Shown: positions 18,417-26,722 of the stretch, piece by piece | Layout of the letters: the number at the start of each line of letters is the position of its first letter | Numbering within the stretch: the first letter of the stretch is position 1 | Assembly (NCBI GenBank): GCA_003864475.1 | Contig: BGZO01000004.1 | Span: 1-54,761, forward strand | Source of the DNA: Candidatus Termititenax persephonae | Lineage (GTDB): Bacteria > Margulisbacteria > Termititenacia > Termititenacales > Termititenacaceae | Direction: 5' to 3' | Length of the DNA stretch: 54,761 bases | Notes under the pieces: model-generated | The model's input: the letters and a program-made list of their open reading frames with translations, nothing else | What the model was told of the DNA's origin: nothing | Database searches by the model: none | Position numbers and translations under genes: made by a program

Positions 18417-19577
18417 TTATAACACCGATAGATTTTTATGGAACTTTTTTATCCTGCGCAACGCCTCTTTGAGCAAAACTAATTCCGTGGCGTAACAGCA
18501 ACGCACAAAACCCTCGCCGCCCGCGCCGAAAGCATCACCCGGGACGACGGCGACTTTTTCCTGCTCAAGCAGTCGCAGGGCAAATTCCTCGGAAGTCAAA
18601 CCCGTCCGGCGAATATCCACAAAGACATAAAAAGAGCCAGTCGGCTTGACGACGGGCAGGCCGATTTCCGCCAAAGCATACAGCATAAAATTGCGCCGCT
18701 GGAGATACGACCGCCGCATTTTGACCGCCTCGTCCTGGCAATGTCGCAGGGCCTCCAGCGCACCGTACTGGGACATGATGGGCGCACAAATCGCACAGTA
18801 CTGATGCAGCTTGAGGATTTGTTCCAAGAGCGGGGCGGGACAGCAGACATAGCCGACGCGCCAGCCCGTCATGGCAAAGGCTTTGGAAAAACCGTTCAGC
18901 ACGATGGTCTGGTCTTGCAGGCCGGGCAATGAGCCGATAGAGCTGTGCTGTCCCGAATAAGTAATCTCCGCGTAAACCTCGTCGGACAGGACAAAGATTT
19001 TATGCCGCCTGACCAGCGCGGCAATCTTGCGCAGCTCGGCTTCAGGGATGGTCGTGCCGGTCGGGTTATTCGGGGAGCAGATAAATAACGCCTTGGTGCG
19101 CGGCGTGATAAGCTTGGCTATCGCCCCGGCGGTCGGTATGAATTTTGTCTTGGACGTGTCGAGCGTGATGGGCTGGCCGCCCGCCAGCATTACCAGCGGC
19201 TGATAAGACACATAGCAGGGCGAGGCGACAATGACCTCGTCGCCGGGATTGAGCAGGGCACGCAGGGCGATGTCGACGGCCTCGGACACACCGATAGTGA
19301 TGAGAATCTCCGTCTCCGGGTCATAACGTAGCTTATATTTGGCAAGATATTTGGCGATTTCCCGGCGCAGTTCAGGCAGGCCGCGGTTGGCGGTATAAGA
19401 GGTCAGCCCCTTGTCCAGCGCGGCAAAAGCCTCCTCACGGATGCTCCACGGCGTAACAAAATCCGGCTCGCCCACGCCAAGGCTGATGATGTCTTTCTGC
19501 CCGGACAGCAAATCAAAAAAACGGCGGATACCGGAGGGCGGGATTTGCTCGACCAAACGGGAATACTGCATGTCCAT
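18417..19577 (-). CDS. Pyridoxal-phosphate-dependent aminotransferase (class I/II)
   Basis: 386 aa with the PLP-lysine motif SKAFAMTGWRVGY and NPTGT. Confidence 0.85.
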   Translation of the reverse strand: MDMQYSRLVEQIPPSGIRRFFDLLSGQKDIISLGVGEPDFVTPWSIREEAFAALDKGLTSYTANRGLPELRREIAKYLAKYKLRYDPETEILITIGVSEAVDIALRALLNPGDEVIVASPCYVSYQPLVMLAGGQPITLDTSKTKFIPTAGAIAKLITPRTKALFICSPNNPTGTTIPEAELRKIAALVRRHKIFVLSDEVYAEITYSGQHSSIGSLPGLQDQTIVLNGFSKAFAMTGWRVGYVCCPAPLLEQILKLHQYCAICAPIMSQYGALEALRHCQDEAVKMRRSYLQRRNFMLYALAEIGLPVVKPTGSFYVFVDIRRTGLTSEEFALRLLEQEKVAVVPGDAFGAGGEGFVRCCYATELVLLKEALRRIKKFHKNLSVL

Positions 19578-19580
19578 ACC

Positions 19581-20066
19581 CTAAGGGGTTACGTTCAGGC
19601 GCGCGGATTTTTCTTTGCCAGAGAGGATGATGCCATGTTCCTTATATTTTTTGAGGACAAAATGCGTCTTGGTACTGCGCACCCCGCTCAAAGGCGCGAG
19701 TTTTTCCGAAACGAAGAAGGCGACTTCTTTTAAAGTCCGGCCCTCGATGATGACCTGCAAATCATAACCGCCGGAGATAAGGTAGACGGACTCCACTTGG
19801 GGAAACTTATAAATCCGCTCCGCCAGAGTATCAAAACCCGTCTCGCGCTCAGGGGTTACGCCCAGCTCGATGATAGCGCGGACTCGTTCTTTTTGCTTAG
19901 GGTCTTTTTCGGGATTGACTATCGCACCGTATTTGATAATCACGCCGTCCTCTTCGAGGCGCTGGATTTTGCGCCGCACGTCCTTGACGGGCTTTTTGAG
20001 CATGGCAGCAATGTCTTCCGGCGCTAACCGCGCGTCGCCCCGCAGTAACTCCAGAATCTCGTCCAT
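19581..20066 (-). CDS. Lrp/AsnC family transcriptional regulator
   Basis: I chose the start at MDEILELLRGDARL, preceded by the RBS GGGGAGG. The protein has an HTH_AsnC N-terminus and a RAM-type C-terminal domain. Confidence 0.8.
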   Translation of the reverse strand: MDEILELLRGDARLAPEDIAAMLKKPVKDVRRKIQRLEEDGVIIKYGAIVNPEKDPKQKERVRAIIELGVTPERETGFDTLAERIYKFPQVESVYLISGGYDLQVIIEGRTLKEVAFFVSEKLAPLSGVRSTKTHFVLKKYKEHGIILSGKEKSARLNVTP

Positions 20067-20162
20067 AAAAAACCTCCCCGGCAGATTGGAGAAAGTATAC
20101 ACTTATTTGGCGGGAGATAAAACCTCTTTTATCCTGTGAACAGACCCCATCAGCCCCAAACC

Positions 20163-21362
20163 TTATATAGTCCTGGCAAGGCGAAAGCCGGTATTTCTGT
20201 TGTCAAAGGAGACATTAACAGCCGACGACTCAAAGAAGAAGTCGACTCTATCGGTGTAGGGGTTGTAGTCATTATAAGCACCGCCTCGGATTACATAATA
20301 ATCATTAAAATTCGTATACGTAGTAGTTGAACACCACTCCGCAACATTGCCCAAGACATCGTAGAGGCCGTAGGCATTGGGTTTTTTCTGCCCCACCATG
20401 TGCGGCCGTCCGGAAGAATTGTTGTAATACCAGCCGTATTTGTCCATCTCTGTCTCACTCCAATCATCGCCCCAGATGTACTTCGTCGTCGTCCCGCCAC
20501 GGCAGGCGTATTCCCATTCCGCCTCCGTCGGCAGGCGGTAGCACCCAGCATAACTCGACCCTGCCGCCACATCGTTGTATGCCATAGTTTTTACTCTTAC
20601 ATCATTGTAGTTGTTGCGAAGATTCACTAATCTATTCTGGTCGACATAGTATTGGCGTATTCTGTCCTTGACTGCGGCCGCTACGTCATCGGATTCCAGC
20701 GTCAGGTGCAGGCAGTATTGTACGGCATCGTCCCATGAAGCACGTACCGGGATATGTATGTCCAAATGTGAATCTGAATGTAAATCTGAGTTGTTGGTTG
20801 GGGCATAACCCATCACCCCCACGAACTCATCATACGTTGTTTCGCATTTGGCGATATAGAAACTCCTTCCTCCAGTCTCCAGTCTCACGAACTTACCCAT
20901 GTCCATGACCACCGCCAGCGGTGTAAAACTCTGGAGCAAATCCCACACTGCCTTGGTCGATGGGTATTTATCATCCATTGTATCCGCCGTTATCGTGCTT
21001 ACCCTGTTCGCCGTGCGCTCAATGTCGCCGCATTCTTGCAGATATGTCCACACTGCCTTGCACGTCGGGTATTTCTCGTTGCTGTCCTTGTTGGCCGCCC
21101 AGTTGTCCGACGACGTTACCTTATTTGCCGTAATCTCTTTCCCCGCCGCGTTCTGGACTATTCTCTTCTCCGCCTCTTTCAGCGAGTCTTGGACCACCTT
21201 GGCAGACGGGTACTGCGTATTTGTGTTGCCGTCCGACAGCACCCCCGTCTCCACCTTGTTCGCCACTTTCTCCATGAGGTTGAGCGCCGCTGTCATCTTC
21301 TCCGCGCTTAGCTGTTGCCCGCTCCCGATACCATCGTATGTGTCATTGTAATTGTTGGGCAT
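20163..21362 (-). CDS. Fibre-family protein A1: shared N-module with three YP(S/T)xKAV repeats plus an FGE-sulfatase/SUMF1-type (C-lectin fold) domain
   Basis: [36 protein letters not shown]...[17 protein letters not shown] and KYPSTKAVW form the N-module and repeats. The C-terminal half carries [39 protein letters not shown] and GFRLARTI. There is no signal peptide. Confidence 0.8.
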   Translation of the reverse strand: MPNNYNDTYDGIGSGQQLSAEKMTAALNLMEKVANKVETGVLSDGNTNTQYPSAKVVQDSLKEAEKRIVQNAAGKEITANKVTSSDNWAANKDSNEKYPTCKAVWTYLQECGDIERTANRVSTITADTMDDKYPSTKAVWDLLQSFTPLAVVMDMGKFVRLETGGRSFYIAKCETTYDEFVGVMGYAPTNNSDLHSDSHLDIHIPVRASWDDAVQYCLHLTLESDDVAAAVKDRIRQYYVDQNRLVNLRNNYNDVRVKTMAYNDVAAGSSYAGCYRLPTEAEWEYACRGGTTTKYIWGDDWSETEMDKYGWYYNNSSGRPHMVGQKKPNAYGLYDVLGNVAEWCSTTTYTNFNDYYVIRGGAYNDYNPYTDRVDFFFESSAVNVSFDNRNTGFRLARTI

Positions 21363-21421
21363 AAGCTGGTTCCTCCACCTTTTTAGTTATTGCGCATAAT
21401 GCACAGTCCCCGCTACCGCTT

Positions 21422-22633
21422 TTAAACAGTCCTGACAATGCGAAACCCAATGTTAGCGGCGCGATGATTGAAGGGGTGGGTATAGGAAAGGTCAAAGGCA
21501 GGATAAATCCCCATAGACCCGCCCCGTATAATACTATTTCGATAATCTTCGTTATTACCACACCACTCCCAAACATTGCCCAAAACATCGTAGAGGCCGT
21601 AGGCATTTGACAGCATCGTCCCAACTTCCCGTACACCATTGGTGTAATACCCCGCATAATTGTTTCTTTCGTATTTATTATCGGCATCCTTTTGATTAAA
21701 ATCGTCGCCCCAGAAGTACTTCGTTGTCGTCCCACCCCGACCAGCATACTCCCACTCGCTTTCGAACGGCAGGCGATAACAACCAAGGCGGCCAGACAAT
21801 GCCGCCAGCTCATTGTATGCCAACGTCTTCGTCCTGCTTGTATAATTATTGTCCCAATCATATGCAGTCTTGCACGCATCCGGGTCGACATAGTACTGGT
21901 GTATCCTGTCCTTGACTCCGTCCGTTACGTCATCGGACTCCAGCGTCAGATGCAGGCAGTATTGTACGGCTTCGTACCATGTAACATTTGCTACCGGAAA
22001 ACGCTTCCTCTCAGGATATACTGGGTTATATGTATATGCTGGGTTATAGCCCATTACCGCCTCGAACTCACCCTGTGTCGTCTCGTATTTGGCGACATGG
22101 AGTTTCCTTGGTCCAATTGCCAGCTCCACGAACTTATCCTCATTCAAGGCCATCTCCAGCGGCGTAAAACTCTGGAGAAAGTCCCACACCGCTTTCGCCG
22201 ATGGGTATTTCCAGCATTCTCTACTATCATTTATATCTGCCGTTATCGTATTTACCTTGTTCGCCGTGCGCTCAATCCTGTTGTTGTCGATGTATTTTTG
22301 TAGTACAGATTCCACCAGATTGCAGGTAGGATATTTCACGTCGCTGTTCTTATAATCGTTCCAGTACCAGACGACCAAGCCGCTCGCCAACTTGTTCTCC
22401 GTAAGTTCCTTGCCCATAGCGTCTTGGGTTATCCTCCTCTCCGCCTCTTTCAGCGAGTCCCAGACCACCTTGGCGGACGGGTACTGCGTATTTGTACTGC
22501 TCCCTGACAGCACCCCCGTCTCCACCTTGTTCGCCACCTTCTCCATCAGGTTCAGCGCTTTCGTCATCTTCTCCGCGCTAAGCTGTTGCCTGCTCCCAAT
22601 ACCGTCATACGTGTCGTTGTAACTGTTTGGCAT
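21422..22633 (-). CDS. Fibre-family protein A2: shared N-module plus an FGE-sulfatase/SUMF1-type domain
   Basis: The first 50 or so aa are about 90% identical to A1. It carries [39 protein letters not shown] and GFRIVRTV. The C-terminal 45 aa are unrelated in sequence to A1. Confidence 0.8.
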   Translation of the reverse strand: MPNSYNDTYDGIGSRQQLSAEKMTKALNLMEKVANKVETGVLSGSSTNTQYPSAKVVWDSLKEAERRITQDAMGKELTENKLASGLVVWYWNDYKNSDVKYPTCNLVESVLQKYIDNNRIERTANKVNTITADINDSRECWKYPSAKAVWDFLQSFTPLEMALNEDKFVELAIGPRKLHVAKYETTQGEFEAVMGYNPAYTYNPVYPERKRFPVANVTWYEAVQYCLHLTLESDDVTDGVKDRIHQYYVDPDACKTAYDWDNNYTSRTKTLAYNELAALSGRLGCYRLPFESEWEYAGRGGTTTKYFWGDDFNQKDADNKYERNNYAGYYTNGVREVGTMLSNAYGLYDVLGNVWEWCGNNEDYRNSIIRGGSMGIYPAFDLSYTHPFNHRAANIGFRIVRTV

Positions 22634-22652
22634 GGTTTTATCCTTTTTTTAG

Positions 22653-23165
22653 TTATTTGCGCGCCGTGAAAAGATTGTGCATCCTGAACCTTCGCCAGAT
22701 GGCATTTATTACCCCTTCTACCGTCGGATATTTGTCGTCCGTGGAAAACATGGAGATATCGATACGGTTGGAATCGTGGCTGTTGATGTAGTAGAAGAAA
22801 CGACCGTCGTAATCACTCCTGTTTGTGGTAAGTTCCATGCCACCACCACTGACGGCGGCATTCCATGCGGCCTCTAGGGCGCCGCAACTCGGGTATTTCA
22901 CGTCGCTGTTCTTGTTGTCGTTGGCTCCCCATGTCGTGGATGTTACTTTGTTGTCCGTGATTTCCAAGCCTGCCCCGCTCAAGGCCGCGATGGCCGCATG
23001 CGCAGCCTTCGCCGATGGGTATTGCGCCGCCGTGCTGTTCGCCGTTACCGCGTCAGTCTTGTTTGCCACGCGCTCCAGCAAGTTCAGCGCCGCGGTCATC
23101 TTCCCGGCTTCCGCCTTCACGCCTTTGGTTATCCCCGCGTAGCCGCTTGTGTATGGTGATGCCAT
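22653..23165 (-). CDS. Fibre-family protein A3 (short member, N-module plus small C-terminal domain)
   Basis: [36 protein letters not shown]...QYPSAKAA, VKYPSCGALEAAW and DKYPTVEGVINAIW mark it as a family member. It is the first gene of the A3-A2-A1 operon. Confidence 0.7.
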   Translation of the reverse strand: MASPYTSGYAGITKGVKAEAGKMTAALNLLERVANKTDAVTANSTAAQYPSAKAAHAAIAALSGAGLEITDNKVTSTTWGANDNKNSDVKYPSCGALEAAWNAAVSGGGMELTTNRSDYDGRFFYYINSHDSNRIDISMFSTDDKYPTVEGVINAIWRRFRMHNLFTARK

Positions 23166-23198
23166 AACCGCCCCCCATGTTAATTTGACTGCATGTTA

Positions 23199-23209
23199 AG
23201 TATAGCACA
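23199..23209 (-). promoter_or_regulatory. Extended -10 element (TGTGCTATACT) for the A3-A2-A1 operon
   Basis: It lies 34 nt upstream of the A3 ATG. The pattern TGTG(C/A)TA(T/A)ACT is conserved at the same distance in the fibre loci at 41501 and 53416, with variants at 31764 and 26399. Confidence 0.5.
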
Positions 23210-23319
23210 TCTTATCATAAAACACAAGAAAAATATTTAATAGTATTTTGTAAATGACAGAGGTTTTTTTATAGTTAAACTATCTATGATAAATAACTAG
23301 TAGAAAGGATTTATAGTAG

Positions 23320-23742
23320 ATGGACATACAAATTGAACAAAGGTTGAAGACCTTGATTAGTAAAAAGCTACAATTGTTGCGTAAAAGAGACAATTGCACT
23401 ATGGAAAAAACCGCTGATTTTCTGGACTTAGATTATTCTCTGTATCATGGTTTGTTGCACGGCACCAGATTGCCGCACTTAGCCACGCTCATGAAAATCA
23501 ATCAAGCCTACGGATTAAATATGGACTGGTGGTTTAGAGATTTTGCTGAAACCTACTCTGCCGCCGCGCCATTGCTTAAAGTAAATGTGGCCAAAAAAGC
23601 CGCCGAAAAGGAATTATTAGGGAACTTCAACAAATTGGATGCCCGCTCCCAAAAAGCCCTGCAAAGAATCCTCAAAACTATGCTCAAGAAACGCCGCGAC
23701 CGCCTTCCGCTCAATAATGTGTATTTTCTTCAATGCGCTTGA
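23320..23742 (+). CDS. XRE-type HTH regulator R1 (fibre-locus-associated paralog family)
   Basis: 140 aa. The HTH region reads TMEKTADFLDLDYSLYHGLLHGTRLPHLATLMKINQAYGLNMDWWFRD, and the C-terminal motif is FNKLDARSQKALQRILK. It is divergent from A3 and paralogous to R2, R3 and R4. Confidence 0.8.
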   Translation: MDIQIEQRLKTLISKKLQLLRKRDNCTMEKTADFLDLDYSLYHGLLHGTRLPHLATLMKINQAYGLNMDWWFRDFAETYSAAAPLLKVNVAKKAAEKELLGNFNKLDARSQKALQRILKTMLKKRRDRLPLNNVYFLQCA

Positions 23743-23764
23743 ATGTTTTAAATATACTCAAAAA

Positions 23765-24217
23765 TTAATTGTTTTTCATGAATAAATTTAGTTCTTCTTT
23801 TAAAACAGCCCATATTTCCTCCATGTTGACCACCAAATCTTCTATTTCTGTCCATTTTAATTTAAAACTATAGGCGTGCCTGACAAAATGGCGGAAATTC
23901 AAATATTCACTTATTTTTTCTTTAAAGTCTTCTCTAAACACGGCTGTTCTAAGGTTTGTTTGTTCAAAGGCTCTGTCCAATAGTTTTTTATGCCATTTAT
24001 CGCCAATAGGAATTTCTGCATCTATCTGTTTTACAATCAACAACAATATATTTTCTACACCGTTATAAAAAGAATGCAGACATAATGCGGCGGCAGATAA
24101 TTCTACAAAATCCGGCACTTTTATTTTACACAGAGCCAGCAATGGTTCAGCATCACTAAGCAATTGATCTAGTTGCGTTATTTCAAACTCTATCTTTCTC
24201 TTAACACCGCTATCCAA
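23765..24217 (-). CDS. hepT: HEPN-domain toxin (HepT-like, type VII TA)
   Basis: 150 aa with the Rx4HxY motif RHFVRHAY. It overlaps the upstream nucleotidyltransferase gene by 8 nt. Confidence 0.7.
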   Translation of the reverse strand: MDSGVKRKIEFEITQLDQLLSDAEPLLALCKIKVPDFVELSAAALCLHSFYNGVENILLLIVKQIDAEIPIGDKWHKKLLDRAFEQTNLRTAVFREDFKEKISEYLNFRHFVRHAYSFKLKWTEIEDLVVNMEEIWAVLKEELNLFMKNN

Positions 24218-24515
24218 TTTTCACAACCTCGCCCAAAGAATTTAGCAGGGCAAAGAAATCTTTATTTTCATCAAAATCCACCAAATCAACCTTTTTAGTT
24301 AGACGGTCATCCAGCTTGGCATAAACTTTAAAAAATTTTTTCTCTGGCAGACCAGAGATGCCGATATCTATATCCGAATGTTTGTGCAGGTGTCCTGTTA
24401 CCAGTGAACCAAACAAATACACAGCCCCGCACCCCTCGCTTTTTAATAAAGCCGAGGCCGTGTCTACGTCCTGCCGATAATCTTCTGGAAGTTTAAGTGA
24501 TTCCATACACAACAT
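24210..24515 (-). CDS. mntA: Minimal nucleotidyltransferase antitoxin (MntA-like)
   Basis: 101 aa with the GSxxxG...SDIDIG motif (LFGSLVTGHLHKHSDIDIGISG). Confidence 0.75.
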   Translation of the reverse strand: MLCMESLKLPEDYRQDVDTASALLKSEGCGAVYLFGSLVTGHLHKHSDIDIGISGLPEKKFFKVYAKLDDRLTKKVDLVDFDENKDFFALLNSLGEVVKIG

Positions 24516-24543
24516 AATATTCTATATTAGACTGGATTTCAAT

Positions 24544-24603
24544 TTAATGAAGTCTGAGCGCCGCCGCCTTATATGACGAGCGCACGAAAATCCCGGAAAA
24601 GAC
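24544..24603 (-). pseudogene. Relic copy of the lipA 3' end
   Basis: It reads FSGIFVRSSYKAAALRLH*, against FSGPFVRSSYRAAEVYLSV* at the end of lipA. Positions 24561..24603 match 25294..25336 at 39/43 nt. Confidence 0.75.
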
Positions 24604-24610
24604 ATAATTT

Positions 24611-24880
24611 CTAAGCAAAGCTGACTTTTAGTTTTCTTCCCGTAGCCAGAGCAATTTTGCTCAGAAATTCTAACGTCGGATTATAATTACCGCTTTCCAA
24701 ACGAGAAATATTGGATTGTTTTGTGCCAATTAATTCCGCCAAGCGTTTTTGCGTAAATTTCTTTTCCTTACGCGCCAAAATTATATCTCCAATAATTTTA
24801 TATTCCATCTTATTGTTTTCTAATTCCCGGCGGACTTCTTTATTCTTTAAAATTATTTTTTTCGCTTTGTGCCAATTCAT
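24611..24880 (-). CDS. XRE-family HTH antitoxin (HigA-like)
   Basis: 89 aa with FTQKRLAELIGTKQSNISRLESGNYNPTLEFLSKIA. It overlaps the upstream toxin gene by 4 nt. Confidence 0.8.
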   Translation of the reverse strand: MNWHKAKKIILKNKEVRRELENNKMEYKIIGDIILARKEKKFTQKRLAELIGTKQSNISRLESGNYNPTLEFLSKIALATGRKLKVSFA

Positions 24881-25233
24881 AGGTGCTTCCTCCTTTTGTA
24901 ATCATTTATTCTGGCGACAGCTACTGCTAATTCTTTTTGCGGTGTTTTATTAGCCTTCTTAACAAAGCCATGTAATAAAACACAATGGTTAGCATAAAAC
25001 ATAAAGTAAAAAATCCTAAAAGCATCCGAACCAAATTTTATTCTTAATTCCCATAAAGATTTTTCTCCCTCTATCTTCCTAACATGCGGAAAATGTAAGG
25101 CGTTGCCAAACTTTTCCAATAATTCAATTTCCCGATATATTTTAGCCTGCTGTTTCGGCGCTAAAGACAAAATAAAACCAAGCACGGGACTATTGCCGCT
25201 GTTTTTCTCGTACAACTCAATCACATATTCCAT
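24877..25233 (-). CDS. Gp49-like / HigB-RelE superfamily toxin
   Basis: 118 aa. The pattern LWELRIKFGSDAFRIFYFMFYANHCVLLHGFVKKANKTPQKEL matches phage Gp49/DUF891-type toxins. The order is toxin first, as in higBA. Confidence 0.7.
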   Translation of the reverse strand: MEYVIELYEKNSGNSPVLGFILSLAPKQQAKIYREIELLEKFGNALHFPHVRKIEGEKSLWELRIKFGSDAFRIFYFMFYANHCVLLHGFVKKANKTPQKELAVAVARINDYKRRKHL

Positions 25234-25273
25234 GACTATAATATATCATATATGATATTAGTGTCAAGTATTA

Positions 25274-26116
25274 TTATACTGACAAATAAACCTCCGCCGC
25301 CCTATATGACGAGCGCACGAAAGGCCCGGAAAACACCGCCTTAAAACCCAGTTCTTTTTCGCCGTATTCTTGATATTCCGCGAATTTGTCGGGGTGGACA
25401 AATTCTTGGACTGGATAATGTTTGGGGGACGGCGGCAAATACTGGCCAAGCGTAACGATAGACGCGCCGCTGTCTTTCAAATCCTGCAGCGTGGACTTTA
25501 TCTCCGCTTCTGTCTCGCCCAAGCCCAGCATCAGTCCGGTCTTGGTCAGGATGCCGGATTGCGCGGCATGGCGCAAAATGTTCAGCGAACGCTGATAATC
25601 CGCCTGCGGACGAATCGCCGCGTATAGGCGCGGGACGGTCTCGACATTGTGATTGAAAACGTCCGGCGAGGCGGCAAGAACTTTGTCCAGCGCGCCAAGG
25701 CTACCCTGAAAATCGGGAGTCAGAACTTCGACAGCGGCGCGCGGCAGTCCCTGCCGCGCCGCCAGAATGGCGGCGGCGAAATGCGCCGCGCCGCCGTCCG
25801 GCAAGTCGTCGCGCGTTACCGAGGTGATGACAATGTGCCGCAGTCCCAGTTTCCGCGCGGCTTGGGCAATTTTTTGCGGCTCGTCAGCATCCACAGGCTC
25901 CGGCGCGGCCTTGGTTACGGCGCAGAAGCGGCAGCCGCGCGTGCAGACCCCACCGAGAAGCAGAAATGTTACAGTTCTCCGGGCAAAACATTCTCCGCGG
26001 TTGGGGCAGAGCGCGGACTCGCAGACCGTCCGCAGGCTGTCGTCAAGATAGGCGCGGATGCGCAGTCCGGCGGCGGACTTGGGGACATTTTTTTTTAGCC
26101 AAGAGGGGTACGCCAT
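25274..26116 (-). CDS. lipA: Lipoyl synthase
   Basis: 280 aa with two Cys clusters, CESALCPNRGEC and CTRGCRFCAV (radical SAM). Confidence 0.9.
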   Translation of the reverse strand: MAYPSWLKKNVPKSAAGLRIRAYLDDSLRTVCESALCPNRGECFARRTVTFLLLGGVCTRGCRFCAVTKAAPEPVDADEPQKIAQAARKLGLRHIVITSVTRDDLPDGGAAHFAAAILAARQGLPRAAVEVLTPDFQGSLGALDKVLAASPDVFNHNVETVPRLYAAIRPQADYQRSLNILRHAAQSGILTKTGLMLGLGETEAEIKSTLQDLKDSGASIVTLGQYLPPSPKHYPVQEFVHPDKFAEYQEYGEKELGFKAVFSGPFVRSSYRAAEVYLSV

Positions 26117-26230
26117 GCCGATAGTTTAACAAAGAACCGCCCAAAATCACTAGACGGTGGTTGTTGCTGGTCGCACTCCGCTCGCTGGTTGCTCGCTGGG
26201 ACTTCCTCGGGCGCAATGAACTTCGCCCTC

Positions 26231-26342
26231 GGTCGCGCCCTTGGTATTATTTTTTGGGCAAAGAATACCCCAAAAAATATCACGCCGCCGCTGGTCGCGG
26301 CTTGGTATTATTTTTTGGGCAAAGAATACCCCAAAAAATATC
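26231..26342. repeat. Two tandem copies (61-bp period) of a hairpin-forming unit in the lipA/B1 divergent region
   Basis: CTTGGTATTATTTTTTGGGCAAAGAATACCCCAAAAAATATC is identical over 42 bp at 26240..26281 and 26301..26342, and both copies are preceded by GGTCGCG. Each unit can form an 11-bp stem (TATTTTTTGGG / CCCAAAAAATA) or the alternative GGTATT / AATACC stem. Confidence 0.9.
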
Positions 26343-26398
26343 GATGCAAGTATCTCCGCATCCCCGACGATAGTTGAGTCGGACAAGGTATTAATACT

Positions 26399-26409
26399 TG
26401 TGATAAGAT
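26399..26409 (+). promoter_or_regulatory. Candidate extended -10 element (TGTGATAAGAT) for the B1-B4 operon
   Basis: It resembles the TGTGnTAnACT elements of the other fibre loci but lies about 313 nt upstream of the B1 ATG, which implies a long leader. Confidence 0.35.
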
Positions 26410-26573
26410 AATAAAATATTCTGGACAATCAGCCGCCGCGCCGACACACAAAGCGCGAGGCGTATGACAAGGAGACATCTCATGGTTAGTAGCAAGACAC
26501 TAGGACACTCAGATAACCGCGCGGCCGCCGCGGAGTTTCCGCGCCGTTCAGGCGTAGTGTTAAGTAACATTTA

Positions 26574-26585
26574 CCCCCCCCCCCC
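26574..26585. repeat. Homopolymeric C12 tract in the leader of the B1-B4 operon
   Basis: Twelve consecutive C residues, counted directly, lie 137 nt upstream of the B1 start codon. Confidence 0.95.
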
Positions 26586-26722
26586 AAGATTTTTCGCGTA
26601 GATAAGCCAAAAACCAATCATCACACAAAAGACATCCACCGTGGTACCGTTCTAACGGCGGCCGTCCACGCCTCGGCACCCGGACGCGCTGACGGCCAGG
26701 AACAAACTGGGGGGATGACATC

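Noticed and set aside
20163-20340. A complete diversity-generating retroelement within this window.
   Set aside because: No ORF has reverse-transcriptase motifs such as YxDD, no Avd-like gene is present, and I found no non-coding template repeat matching any candidate variable region. Only the target-like signature is present, so I report it as a hypothesis to test genome-wide.
26231-26342. A CRISPR-like direct repeat: a 42-bp identical unit with a short unique spacer.
   Set aside because: There are only two copies, the unit is an AT-rich hairpin in a promoter region, and no cas genes lie anywhere in the window. I treat it as a regulatory or structural tandem duplication.
26095-26428. Small ORFs (62-92 aa) across the lipA/B1 intergenic repeats.
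   Set aside because: Their sequences, for example the repeated FFGVFFAQKIIP, are simply translations of the tandem hairpin repeat. They have no RBS and no homology signal.
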